Shown in pieces: positions 1 to 8,496 of a stretch of DNA of 64,000 nucleotides. Both the position numbers and the translations under genes were made by a program. The notes beneath the pieces are model-generated. The model ran no database searches. It was given only the letters and a program-made list of their open reading frames with translations, and was not told where the DNA came from. The stretch comes from an uncultured Actinomycetes bacterium (GTDB lineage Bacteria; Actinomycetota; Thermoleophilia; Gaiellales; JAICJC01). The stretch covers positions 96,226 through 160,225 of the forward strand of contig CAVPTL010000006.1 of NCBI GenBank assembly GCA_963708725.1. The letters are read 5' to 3'. Position 1 is the stretch's first letter. Every line of letters starts with the position of its first letter.

Positions 1-914
1 GGTTCCTGCTCGCGGGTCTCGATCTGCGATTCGGCTTCTGGCCGGCCGCCGTCGCCTCGTCGCTGGTGTGGGCGGCACTGCATGGGGTCGGCGGGGTGCT
101 GATCCCGTTCGTGGCGGAGGGCGTTGTCCTCTGCTGGATCCGCCGCCGCACCGGCTCGGTGCGCACCGGCATCGCCCTGCACGGAGCCCAGAACATCGTG
201 GCCACCATCGTCACCGGCGCGGGGGTGTTTGCCGCCCCGCCTGCGATCCTGCTCGTGATCAGCTTGATCGCGACTCGCGCGGGCTCACACGATCGGGTGG
301 GTATCACCGCGCGCCGGGCTGTGGGGCGCGTGGGAACGGCAGCACAGTCGGGTGCTTGGCGCCTGCGCGGGATCCCGGTGCCGGCGCTTGGGGTGTGGAT
401 CGTGGCCGGTGTCAGTCTCGGAATCGGAGTGTCGCTGGTGGCCGTGTATGCCGCGTTTGACGCCGGAGGCAGCGGGTTCGAAACTGTCGGCCGGGTGATC
501 ACCGCGGTGGTGGCGATGCCGCTGATCGCCTGGCTGCTCGTGACCGCGACCAGGGGATGGGGGGCGCCTGCGACCACCTGCCTGCTCGGCGGCCTGGGCG
601 CGGTGATCGTGACCGTCATGCGGCTGGCTCAGCTGGGCTTCGACTCGACCGCTCTGGTGACGCTGGTCGTCCTCGGCTACGCGCTGATCAGCTTTGGCCT
701 GTGTGGGCTGATGGCAACCACGGTGGATGTGCGACCACGAGTTGCCGCCGGGGTCGCCGGAATCAGTCTCGTCTTCACCGTGACACCGTTTCCGTACCTC
801 ACGACCACCCGGTCGGCGCTCCTGAACCAGTCGCTGGTCGCGTTTCTGGTGACGGCGATTGCACTGGTTGCGGTTGGTGTGGCGGCGGCACGAGCTTCTG
901 AATCGCAAGCGTGA
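1..914 (+). CDS. CPBP-family (CAAX-type) intramembrane protease-like domain fused to a polytopic membrane region; 5' end lies outside the window
   Basis: The frame of ORF 66..914 is open back to nt 3. The visible N-terminus (..SSLVWAALHG.., ..IALHGAQN..) resembles the C-terminal His motifs of CPBP proteases, and the rest is hydrophobic helices. The last 116 nt overlap convergent ORF 799..1770. Confidence 0.5.
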   Translation, partial: FLLAGLDLRFGFWPAAVASSLVWAALHGVGGVLIPFVAEGVVLCWIRRRTGSVRTGIALHGAQNIVATIVTGAGVFAAPPAILLVISLIATRAGSHDRVGITARRAVGRVGTAAQSGAWRLRGIPVPALGVWIVAGVSLGIGVSLVAVYAAFDAGGSGFETVGRVITAVVAMPLIAWLLVTATRGWGAPATTCLLGGLGAVIVTVMRLAQLGFDSTALVTLVVLGYALISFGLCGLMATTVDVRPRVAAGVAGISLVFTVTPFPYLTTTRSALLNQSLVAFLVTAIALVAVGVAAARASESQA

Positions 915-1770
915 TCGTGCCACCGATCAACAGCATCGCAACGTTGGTGCCCAGCACCTTGAGCGAGCCCAAAGCGCGGCTGTCGGAGCCCAGCGCGATG
1001 GCGACACCTGCGAGTGCGGCCGCCGGGATCGTCGTCACCGAGATGGCAACACCCACCGCCTGACCCGCGCGGGTTTCGAACGCGAGCATGCCCGCGACCC
1101 CGGCGACCAATGCAACCACCACCGTCTCGGTGTTGACGGTGGCGACCGCACCCAGACCGGCGGAGCTGTGGGACAGGTCGTGCGGGAGCCGGCTGGTGGA
1201 ATCGAGAAACATGGTCATCAGGCACGCCGAGACAACCGAAAGACCCAGCCCGATTGCGAGCGTTATGGTGGCTCGCGCCGCGAGGTTGAAGCGCAGGCTG
1301 ACCAGGCCGACGCAGGCCGCGGACACCGGCAGCAGGTCGGGGCTGAGCGCCATCGCGCCGACGGTCAGGATGGGGTCGGAGTCGATCACGCCGAAGGCGG
1401 CGATGATCCCGGCGATGGCCATGAAGATGAGGTAGCGCACCACCGTTCGCGCTTGCACCCGGGCCTCGCCGAGCAGATCGGCCCAGATCAGGGTGTCGTT
1501 GGTCAGAGATGCGCGGCTGCCCTTGCGCCACCCGACCGGCGCGATCAGCGACATCCGCTGCATCAGCACGTCGGTTTCGGGGATCTCCAGGTGATCGAAG
1601 ATGGCGACCGCCGCGTCGGCCCGGTCGGGTCGCACGTCGCAGCTGACGACCTCTCTGCCGGGTTCGATCAGGGGCGTGCGGGCGATGTGATCGACGCCCT
1701 CGATCTCGTGCAGCTGCCGTACGACCTCATCGGCTTGGGTCGAAGTCAGGAAGGCTCGGACGAACAGCAC
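799..1770 (-). CDS. DUF389-family integral membrane protein
   Basis: 323-aa ORF with a soluble N-terminal domain followed by a Gly/Ala/Val-rich multi-helix region (LSPDLLPVSAACVGL.., VTTIPAAALAGVAIALG), typical of DUF389/TIGR00341 proteins. Confidence 0.6.
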   Translation of the reverse strand: MLFVRAFLTSTQADEVVRQLHEIEGVDHIARTPLIEPGREVVSCDVRPDRADAAVAIFDHLEIPETDVLMQRMSLIAPVGWRKGSRASLTNDTLIWADLLGEARVQARTVVRYLIFMAIAGIIAAFGVIDSDPILTVGAMALSPDLLPVSAACVGLVSLRFNLAARATITLAIGLGLSVVSACLMTMFLDSTSRLPHDLSHSSAGLGAVATVNTETVVVALVAGVAGMLAFETRAGQAVGVAISVTTIPAAALAGVAIALGSDSRALGSLKVLGTNVAMLLIGGTITLAIQKLVPPPHQPQPVQSPSPETRPATGSGAPTGWS

Positions 1771-1772
1771 CG

Positions 1773-1856
1773 CGCGATTTTCGCACGCCTCGGGGCACGG
1801 CGTTGGTGAACGTCCGGCGCGATTTGGATAACAGGTGGTGAAGAATCGCGATTTGG
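1773..1856. promoter_or_regulatory. Three direct repeats CGCGATTT(T/G)(C/G) in the divergent DUF389/pit intergenic region
   Basis: CGCGATTTTC at 1773-1782, CGCGATTTGG at 1818-1827 and CGCGATTTGG at 1847-1856. The last two are 29 nt apart, directly upstream of the pit start at 1878. Confidence 0.25.
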
Positions 1857-1877
1857 TGCTATTTCCCTGCTCAGACG

Positions 1878-3044
1878 GTGGTACATATTGCCCTAATGCT
1901 GGCGCTTGTCATTCTCACGGTCGCTACCGCCCTGGTGTTCGACTTCACCAACGGGTTCCACGACACCGCGAACGCGATGGCGACGACGATCGCCACCCAC
2001 GCACTGCGACCCCGCATCGCGGTTGGCCTCGCCGCCGTCCTGAACCTGATCGGCGCGTTCCTCTCGGTGACGGTCGCCGCGACCATCGCCAGCGGCATCG
2101 TGGATCAGACCACGATCACCGTGCCGATCATCTTCGCGGGACTCGTCGGAGCCATCGTCTGGAACGTCATCACCTGGTACATGGGCATTCCGTCCTCATC
2201 GTCCCACGCGCTGGTGGGTGGCGTGATCGGGTCGGTGCTCGCCGCCGAGGGCTCCGCAGGCGTGATCTGGAGCGGCGTGGGTGAGAAGGTGCTGATTCCG
2301 GCGCTGATCGCCCCGTTTGTGTGCGGTCTCGCCGCGTTTGGCGCCACCCGGCTCGCGTATCGGCTGACCCGCTCGTTGAACGGCGCCAATGCCACCCGCG
2401 GGTACCGTTCCAGCCAGATTCTTTCGAGCTCCCTGGTGGCGCTCGCCCACGGCACGAACGACGCCCAAAAGACGATGGGAGTGATCGTTCTGACGCTCGT
2501 CGCCGGCGGTCAGCTCTCGGCCGGCTCCGGGGTCCCGACCTGGGTCAAGGTGACCTGCGCTGTCGCCGTCGCGCTGGGCACGTTCTCGGGCGGCTGGCGC
2601 GTGATCCGCACGCTCGGGAGCAAGGTGACCGACATCGCCGCGCCTCAGGGCTTCTCGGCCGAGACGGCGAGCTCGACGACGATCCTGGCCTCCTCGTACT
2701 TCGGCTTCTCGCTCTCGACGACCCAGGTGGTCTCCGGCGGTGTGATGGGCGCCGGACTGGGACGCGAAGGTGGATTCATCCACTGGCCGGTTGTCCGGCG
2801 GATGGTGTTCGCGTGGATTCTGACCATGCCCGCCGCGGCCGTGATGGGAGCAATCGCCGAGGAGACCGTCGCCGCGTTCCCGAGTGACACGACGGGCTCG
2901 GTCTTCGTCGGAATCGTCGCGGCCGTGATCCTGGCGTTCATCTTCATGAAGGCGCGGCGCAACAACGTGAATGCCGACAATGTGATGGACGAAGACGTAC
3001 CGCCCACCGAGGACTCCCTGCGACCGGTGCTGGCGTCCGTATGA
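1878..3044 (+). CDS. pit: Inorganic phosphate transporter, PiT family
   Basis: 388-aa ORF with the PiT/PHO4 signature FDFTNGFHDTANAMATTI and the second repeat ALAHGTNDAQKTMGVI. Polytopic membrane profile. Confidence 0.9.
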   Translation: MVHIALMLALVILTVATALVFDFTNGFHDTANAMATTIATHALRPRIAVGLAAVLNLIGAFLSVTVAATIASGIVDQTTITVPIIFAGLVGAIVWNVITWYMGIPSSSSHALVGGVIGSVLAAEGSAGVIWSGVGEKVLIPALIAPFVCGLAAFGATRLAYRLTRSLNGANATRGYRSSQILSSSLVALAHGTNDAQKTMGVIVLTLVAGGQLSAGSGVPTWVKVTCAVAVALGTFSGGWRVIRTLGSKVTDIAAPQGFSAETASSTTILASSYFGFSLSTTQVVSGGVMGAGLGREGGFIHWPVVRRMVFAWILTMPAAAVMGAIAEETVAAFPSDTTGSVFVGIVAAVILAFIFMKARRNNVNADNVMDEDVPPTEDSLRPVLASV

Positions 3045-3271
3045 CACTGCTCTCGTTCAGCGACGTGTTGCCGGTTTCCGATCTGATCAAGATCATCGTG
3101 GTGGTGCTCGCGGTGGCCGTGATCGCCCCGTCGGCGGTGTCCGTCGCGGTGGTGGGGCTCGACCGCCGCGACAGCGGCTCGACCGGCGTCGGCAATGCGC
3201 TGGTCGCCGCGGGTGCAGCGGTGCTGTTCGTGCTGGTCGCGGTCGGGCTCTACGCCCTGGTCTCTCGGTGA
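3041..3271 (+). CDS. Small two-helix membrane protein, translationally coupled to pit
   Basis: 76-aa ORF whose ATG overlaps the pit stop (ATGA at 3041-3044). Two hydrophobic stretches. No recognisable family. Confidence 0.4.
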   Translation: MTLLSFSDVLPVSDLIKIIVVVLAVAVIAPSAVSVAVVGLDRRDSGSTGVGNALVAAGAAVLFVLVAVGLYALVSR

Positions 3272-3275
3272 CCAT

Positions 3276-3770
3276 GTGGCGTTCGTCTCCCCAATTCTGA
3301 TCTGTTACGACGGGTCCGACGGTGCCCGGACGGCGCTCGAAACCGCGGCGGTGACGTTCGACCGCCCGATGGTCGTGGCCTGCTACTGGCAGTCGTTTGC
3401 CGAGTCGCAGAAGCCGCTGGGGATCGACCTGCTCGAGGTGATCCAGGATCCCACGAGCATCAACGAGCGTGAGCACGCCCTGGCCGAGCAGTTTGCACAC
3501 GAGGGAAAGCAGCTCCTGGAAGCGGCCGGATGCACCGTCGATTGCGTCGCAGTCAAGGTGACCACGCCGATCGATGGCGCCATCCTGAGCCACGCCGACG
3601 AGCTCGACGCCCACGCGATCGTGCTCGGCTCTCGCAGCCGATCCGGGCTGGGGTCGGTGCTGCTGGGCGACGTGGCCGGAGATGTGGTGGAACTTTCTGA
3701 CCGCCCGGTGTTCGTGGTGCCCTCGGTGACGCTCGCAGAGCGACGCAAGGCCGGTCGCGCCAGCCTCTAG
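3276..3770 (+). CDS. Universal stress protein (UspA family)
   Basis: ILICYDGSDGARTALE.. and ..HAIVLGSRSRSGLGSVLLGDVAGDVVELSDRPVFVVP are USP motifs. I chose the GTG at 3276, just after the stop of the preceding gene, rather than the ORF-track start at 3195. Confidence 0.8.
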   Translation: MAFVSPILICYDGSDGARTALETAAVTFDRPMVVACYWQSFAESQKPLGIDLLEVIQDPTSINEREHALAEQFAHEGKQLLEAAGCTVDCVAVKVTTPIDGAILSHADELDAHAIVLGSRSRSGLGSVLLGDVAGDVVELSDRPVFVVPSVTLAERRKAGRASL

Positions 3771-3809
3771 TTTCGGGTTTGTGCTTTGTGGTAGCGTCGC
3801 GGGGCTCCG

Positions 3810-5237
3810 ATGGCAACGGCAGTCACCCAACCGGCAGCAAGTGCACCGCGCAGGCGATCACTGGTCGTCAAAGTCGCGGTTGTCACGATGCTTGCGGGCT
3901 TGCTCTTCGGTTATGACCAGGGAGTGATTTCGGGCGCGCTCGGCCTGATCAAGGCCGACCTGCACCTCGGCACGTTTGCGACCGAGGTGATCACGAGCTG
4001 GGTCACGCTTGGCGCCCTCGGCGGTGCGCTGGTCGCCGGTGGCCTGGCCGACAAGATCGGGCGCCGTCACACCGCGATGATCGCCGGGCTCCTGTTTGCG
4101 ATCGGGGCGCTGCTCGAGGCCGTCGCCCCCGGGGTTTTCGTGCTCACCACCGGGCGAGTGCTGACCGGGGTGGCCGTCGGGTTCGCGTCCACCGTCGCCC
4201 CGCTGTATGCCGCTGAGATGGCGCCGGCAGCGGTGCGCGGACGGATCGTCTCGGGCTACCAGCTGGCGATCACGATCGGCATCTTCCTGGCCTACCTCGT
4301 CAACGACGCGCTTCAGGACTCGGGCCAGTGGCGGCTGATGTTCGCCGTCGCGGTGATCCCGGGAGTGCTACTGATCCTGGGATTCATGATCGTGCCCGAG
4401 TCGGTGCGGTTCCTGGTCAAGGCCGGACGGCGAGACGAAGCCCGGGCGGTGGTGGAAGAGATCGAGGGCCCCGACGACGCGCCGCAGGTGCTGGCCGATA
4501 TCGAGCAGAGCCTTGCCCAGGAACAGGCCGAGCAGGCCGATTGGAGCGAGCTGATCACCCCGGGTCTTCGGCGGCCGCTGATCATCGGCATCGGTCTGAG
4601 CGTGATCCAGCAGATCACCGGCATCAACGCCATCATCTATTACGCCAACGACATCTTCGCCAAGGCCGGCTTCGAAAGCGCTCAGGCGCAGTCGCGGGCC
4701 ACCCTCTTTGCGATCGGCCTGGTGAACGTGCTTGCGACCTTCATCGCGGTTGCCTACGTCGATCGGTTCGGGCGAAAGCCGCTGCTCAAGTACGGCCTGA
4801 TCGGGATGACCATCAGCCTTGTGATCGTCGGTATCTCGTTCGCGAGCTTCGACACCTCGGGCGGCGGCTTCAGCACCGGCGGGGCGCTCACCCTGCTGGG
4901 CCTTGTGGTGTTCATCATCTCGTTTGCGTTCTCGCTCGGACCGGTGGTGTGGACTGTCATCTCGGAGATCTATCCCAGCCGCATCCGCGGCCGTGCGGTG
5001 TCGGTTGCGACTGCCGCGAACTGGGGCGCGGCCTTTCTGGTGACCCAGTTCTTCCTCTCGATCGTGGATGCCATCGGCGAGGCCGAGACGTTCTTCTTGT
5101 TCGCCGGGATCTGTGTCGTGTCGTTCTTCTGGATCGCGCACTGGGTGCCCGAAACCAAGGGCCGCACGCTCGAGGATATTCAGGCCATGTTCGACTCGGA
5201 TCTGGCGGCCGCGAACGCCGCTGCGGGTGGGATCTGA
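3810..5237 (+). CDS. MFS sugar porter family transporter (sugar/inositol:H+ symporter-like)
   Basis: 475 aa with GYDQGVISGAL, GRR, PESVRFL and PETKGRTLEDI sugar-porter motifs and a 12-TM profile. Confidence 0.9.
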   Translation: MATAVTQPAASAPRRRSLVVKVAVVTMLAGLLFGYDQGVISGALGLIKADLHLGTFATEVITSWVTLGALGGALVAGGLADKIGRRHTAMIAGLLFAIGALLEAVAPGVFVLTTGRVLTGVAVGFASTVAPLYAAEMAPAAVRGRIVSGYQLAITIGIFLAYLVNDALQDSGQWRLMFAVAVIPGVLLILGFMIVPESVRFLVKAGRRDEARAVVEEIEGPDDAPQVLADIEQSLAQEQAEQADWSELITPGLRRPLIIGIGLSVIQQITGINAIIYYANDIFAKAGFESAQAQSRATLFAIGLVNVLATFIAVAYVDRFGRKPLLKYGLIGMTISLVIVGISFASFDTSGGGFSTGGALTLLGLVVFIISFAFSLGPVVWTVISEIYPSRIRGRAVSVATAANWGAAFLVTQFFLSIVDAIGEAETFFLFAGICVVSFFWIAHWVPETKGRTLEDIQAMFDSDLAAANAAAGGI

Positions 5238-5242
5238 CAAAC

Positions 5243-5275
5243 CGTAAGTTGCGACTTACGTAAGAGTGTGCTTAC
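5243..5275. promoter_or_regulatory. Two overlapping inverted repeats upstream of arsR-like gene (candidate operator; could also act as terminator of the MFS gene)
   Basis: CGTAAGT-TGCG-ACTTACG at 5243-5260 and GTAAG-AGTGTG-CTTAC at 5260-5275. They lie between the MFS stop (5237) and the ArsR ATG (5278). Confidence 0.35.
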
Positions 5276-5277
5276 AT

Positions 5278-5604
5278 ATGGGCATGGAGGCAGCACTCAA
5301 AGCGATCGCTGAGCCTCGTCGGCGCCAGATCCTCACGCTCGTGCGTGACGGGGAGCTGTCCGCCGGTGAGATCGCGGCTCAGTTCGACGTCAGCCGCCCA
5401 GCCGTATCGCAGCACCTGGCGGTTCTGAAGGAGGCGGGATTGGTGGACGAGCGACGCAACGGCACGAGGCGTCTCTACCGCGCGCGCCCGGAGGGGCTCG
5501 CAGACGTGCGAGCGTTTCTCGACGAGTTCTGGGGCGAGCGGCTGCAAGCACTCAAAACTGAAGTGGAAATGGAGGAGGGCAAGAAGCATGAGCGAGATAA
5601 CTGA
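5278..5604 (+). CDS. ArsR/SmtB-family transcriptional regulator
   Basis: LKAIAEPRRRQILTLV..LSAGEIAAQFDVSRPAVSQHLAVLKEAGLV..RRNGTRRLY is a winged-HTH ArsR signature. The ATG at 5278 is preferred over the GTG at 5266. Confidence 0.85.
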   Translation: MGMEAALKAIAEPRRRQILTLVRDGELSAGEIAAQFDVSRPAVSQHLAVLKEAGLVDERRNGTRRLYRARPEGLADVRAFLDEFWGERLQALKTEVEMEEGKKHERDN

Positions 5605-6061
5605 AACGATTGCTGTGACCCGCGAGGTCACGATTGCGGCATCGCCGGAGACGGTGTGGGAGTTTCTGGTCGATCCGCAGAAGGTGATGCTGTGGATGGG
5701 GGAGTCGGTGGAGTACGACGTTCGTCCCGGCGGCGAGTATCGGATCGGCGTTGTGCCCGGCAACATTGCGCGCGGTGAGTTCGTCGAGATCGATCCGCCC
5801 CGGCGCTTGGTCTACACGTTCGGGTGGGAGAGCGTCCGCAGGGCTGATTCGCCGTCGATACCGCCCGGCACGAGCACGGTGGAGTTCGATCTCGAGCCGG
5901 AGGGTGACTCGACCCGGGTGCGGTTCGTGCATCGCGATCTGCCCAGCGCGGAATCGGCCGAGTCGCACTCGGAGGGCTGGGATCACTACATCGGGCGGCT
6001 GGCGATCGCCGCCGCCGGCGGAGATCCGGGCCGCGACTCCTGGCTCGACCCCAGGGAGTAG
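5588..6061 (+). CDS. SRPBCC/AHSA1-domain protein (ArsR partner)
   Basis: 157 aa with ..ASPETVWEFLVDPQKVMLWMG.. and ..GEFVEIDPPRRLVYTFGW.., typical of the Aha1/START-like family. It overlaps the ArsR 3' end. Confidence 0.8.
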   Translation: MSEITETIAVTREVTIAASPETVWEFLVDPQKVMLWMGESVEYDVRPGGEYRIGVVPGNIARGEFVEIDPPRRLVYTFGWESVRRADSPSIPPGTSTVEFDLEPEGDSTRVRFVHRDLPSAESAESHSEGWDHYIGRLAIAAAGGDPGRDSWLDPRE

Positions 6062-6062
6062 G

Positions 6063-6620
6063 TCAGTCTCGGTCGAGACCGGCGACCAGCGTTGCGATCA
6101 GCCGGTCGTAGGAGGCGTCGAGGTCGCGAGGGATCGCGAAACCGCCGCATCGCTCGAGGGTGACGAACCCGTGCAGTCCGCTTCGGATCACGCGGATTGC
6201 GTCGACCAGTTCGTCACCTTCGAGCCGCCACTCGGTGAGAATCGCAGACATCAAGCCGAGCAGTCGCTCGGCGGCGGCCTGGAGTTCGGGGTCGTCGCCG
6301 GGCGGTGCGGCCAGGGTCGCCTCGTACAGGCCAGGGCTCCGGCGGGCGAAATCGCGATAGGCGAGGGCGGCCGCCCGGAGCGCCGCGACGCCCGACCGCC
6401 CGACAGCAGCCGTGGAGATCGCGTCGGTGAGCTGCGCCAGGCCGCGGAGGCTGATCAGGCGCAGCAGCCCGGGACGGCCGTCGACGTGGTTATAGAGCGA
6501 AGGGGCCTTGACGTCGAGTTCCTGGGCCAGCCGGGCGAGCGTGACCGTCTCGAGGCCGTCGTCGGCGAGTCGAGCGGCCGCGTCGACGACCTGTTCGGTG
6601 TTGAGGCCACGGCGTGGCAC
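6063..6620 (-). CDS. TetR/AcrR-family transcriptional regulator
   Basis: The N-terminal HTH is VVDAAARLADDGLETVTLARLAQELDVKAPSLYNHV. The C-terminal helical domain resembles the WHG-type TetR C-domain. Confidence 0.85.
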   Translation of the reverse strand: MPRRGLNTEQVVDAAARLADDGLETVTLARLAQELDVKAPSLYNHVDGRPGLLRLISLRGLAQLTDAISTAAVGRSGVAALRAAALAYRDFARRSPGLYEATLAAPPGDDPELQAAAERLLGLMSAILTEWRLEGDELVDAIRVIRSGLHGFVTLERCGGFAIPRDLDASYDRLIATLVAGLDRD

Positions 6621-6622
6621 CG

Positions 6623-7291
6623 TTACGCCGCCCGGGCGATCGCCGCGTCCATCGCCGCCCCTGGATTCTCGACGATCCGTCCATGTCCGGGAGCCAACCG
6701 GGCCGGGTCGAGCTGTCGGAGCCGGCGTGCGCTCTCGAGTTCGGTGGGGCGATGCCAGGTCGCCATGCTCGGAAGCGGGAACTTCCAGTTCGTATGCGCC
6801 GTGGTCTCGGTTCCGCCGAGTGTCGAGAACGCGTCGCCGGCGATCAGGGTGCCGTCGCGCGAGTCGAGAAACGAGACGTGGCCGGGGGTGTGGCCCGGGC
6901 TCGCGATCACCTCGAGCGACCCGATCCGATCGCCCGGCTCGACGGTGCGGGTGGGCCGGGTGGCCGCCCCCGGGTAACCCCCGCGGAGCTTGACCTGCGG
7001 CTCGTCGGGGTCGAGCGTCATGTCCTTGGCCAGAAACCGCGCGTCGCGGGTCGAGATGATCACCTCGGCATCGGGCAGCTCGGCCGCGAGCGCATCCAGC
7101 GAGCCGATGTGGTCGCCGTGGGCATGGGTCAGCGCGATCCGCACGATCGGGGCGCCGGCCGCGTGCGCGGCGGCAAGTATCCCCTTGGTGCTGCGCGGCA
7201 CCATGGTGTCGACCAGGGTGATGCCGTCGTCCTCGCGGACGAGGTAGGCGTTGACGAAGCCGAAACGGCTGATCCGGGTGATATCTGACAT
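6623..7291 (-). CDS. MBL-fold metallo-hydrolase
   Basis: THAHGDHIG and SPGHTPGH metal-binding motifs. The start at ATG 7291 is preceded by AAGGAGG 6 nt upstream. The ORF-track start at 7315 is probably too long. Confidence 0.85.
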   Translation of the reverse strand: MSDITRISRFGFVNAYLVREDDGITLVDTMVPRSTKGILAAAHAAGAPIVRIALTHAHGDHIGSLDALAAELPDAEVIISTRDARFLAKDMTLDPDEPQVKLRGGYPGAATRPTRTVEPGDRIGSLEVIASPGHTPGHVSFLDSRDGTLIAGDAFSTLGGTETTAHTNWKFPLPSMATWHRPTELESARRLRQLDPARLAPGHGRIVENPGAAMDAAIARAA

Positions 7292-7314
7292 GAGTCGCCT
7301 CCTTATTACTGGCA

Positions 7315-7330
7315 ATAGTTTTTAAACTAT
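7315..7330. promoter_or_regulatory. AT-only palindrome ATAGTTT-TT-AAACTAT upstream of the MBL-TetR operon (candidate TetR operator)
   Basis: A perfect 7+7 inverted repeat in an AT-rich island (7296-7332). It lies 24 nt upstream of the MBL start and 3 nt downstream of the cNMP-protein stop. Confidence 0.35.
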
Positions 7331-7332
7331 GG

Positions 7333-7746
7333 TCAGTAGTGTACAGAAGCGGAGCGCACGCGGCGACTCAGTGCCTTCAGCATCGCGATCCCGATCGTCG
7401 GCTCGCTCTCGAGCAGCTTGATGAACCGCCGGCGGGTCACGATCATGACGTCCACCTCGCTCTCGGCAGTCACCGTCGCCGATCGCGGAAAGCCGTCCAG
7501 AAGCGCCATCTCGCCGAAGAAGTCGCCCGCGCCGAGCACGACTGCGGTGAAGTCCCCGGCGCTGACGAGCGCGGTTCCCTCGAGCAGCACAAAGAACGAC
7601 TCACCCTGGTCGCCGGCGATCACCATCTTCGCGTCCTGGGCGTAGCGCTTGGTAACGGCGATCTTCGCGATCTTCTCGAGATGCCGCTTCGAGAGTCCGG
7701 CGAAGATCGGCACATCGGCGAGGGCGGCGGCAGCCTGCCGCTCCAT
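7333..7746 (-). CDS. Stand-alone cyclic-nucleotide-binding domain protein (Crp/Fnr-type cNMP domain, no DNA-binding domain)
   Basis: 137 aa starting at MERQAAAAL. FAGLSKRHLEKIA.., GDQGESFFVLLEG and FFGEMALLDGFPRSATV are cNMP-binding motifs. The upstream part of ORF 7333..8325 overlaps gene 7779..8471 in another frame and was rejected. Confidence 0.8.
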   Translation of the reverse strand: MERQAAAALADVPIFAGLSKRHLEKIAKIAVTKRYAQDAKMVIAGDQGESFFVLLEGTALVSAGDFTAVVLGAGDFFGEMALLDGFPRSATVTAESEVDVMIVTRRRFIKLLESEPTIGIAMLKALSRRVRSASVHY

Positions 7747-7778
7747 CTTCTGCGGGAGCAATGTCACAGGCCCCGATC

Positions 7779-8471
7779 CTACGCGATCAGGTCGTACAGC
7801 GCCTTGGCGATCACAAGCAGCCCGATGATCGTGAGCGCGACCACGCCGATCGCGCGAGAGTTGACCGTCAGCCAGCGTTTCCACACATACAGCGTTCGCT
7901 CCACGTGGTGGGGCCGGAGGATCGCGAAGATCACGGGCGTCGCCACCGTCACGATCGACGTCACCGCGAACACCGCCATCGCGACTGTGCGATCGACGCT
8001 GCTGACGTGGGCTTTCACCACCTCGGAGGCGGCGATGATGGTGACCGAGTAGGTCAGCATCAGGCTGCCTGCCAGGGCGGCCACGCTCCAGTGTCGCCCG
8101 ATCAGGCGCACCAGCCATTCGGGAGTCGGATCCTTGTACTCGCGATCGCCGGTCGCAAGCGCCGGGGGCCGGCGCTGGATCACGCCGGCGCCGACAACGA
8201 GTCCGATTCCGAGCAAAAGCTCGAGGCTCGAGACTGCGCGGGACGGCGTCGATCGCGAGGTCGCGAAGTTCTTCGTCGGGAAGGCCAGGACCACCGCGGT
8301 GATAACCGCGATCGCGGCGATCCACCCGACAATGAAGGTGACCCCCCGGCGCCGTCCCTTGGGCATGCCGAGCAGTGCGATCACTGCGATCACGGAGACG
8401 GGACTTGAAAACGCGACCGCGAGACCCAAAATCGCGACCGTCAGTAGGAGGTTCGACACCGCCGACACCAT
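7779..8471 (-). CDS. GAP-family (Sap-like) integral membrane protein
   Basis: 230-aa polytopic ORF with a central charged loop (RRPPALATGDREYKDPTPEWL). The layout resembles the GAP/Sap membrane family. This is a motif-level call only. Confidence 0.5.
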   Translation of the reverse strand: MVSAVSNLLLTVAILGLAVAFSSPVSVIAVIALLGMPKGRRRGVTFIVGWIAAIAVITAVVLAFPTKNFATSRSTPSRAVSSLELLLGIGLVVGAGVIQRRPPALATGDREYKDPTPEWLVRLIGRHWSVAALAGSLMLTYSVTIIAASEVVKAHVSSVDRTVAMAVFAVTSIVTVATPVIFAILRPHHVERTLYVWKRWLTVNSRAIGVVALTIIGLLVIAKALYDLIA

Positions 8472-8496
8472 AGTGCCGGACGGGGGTACCGCTGCG

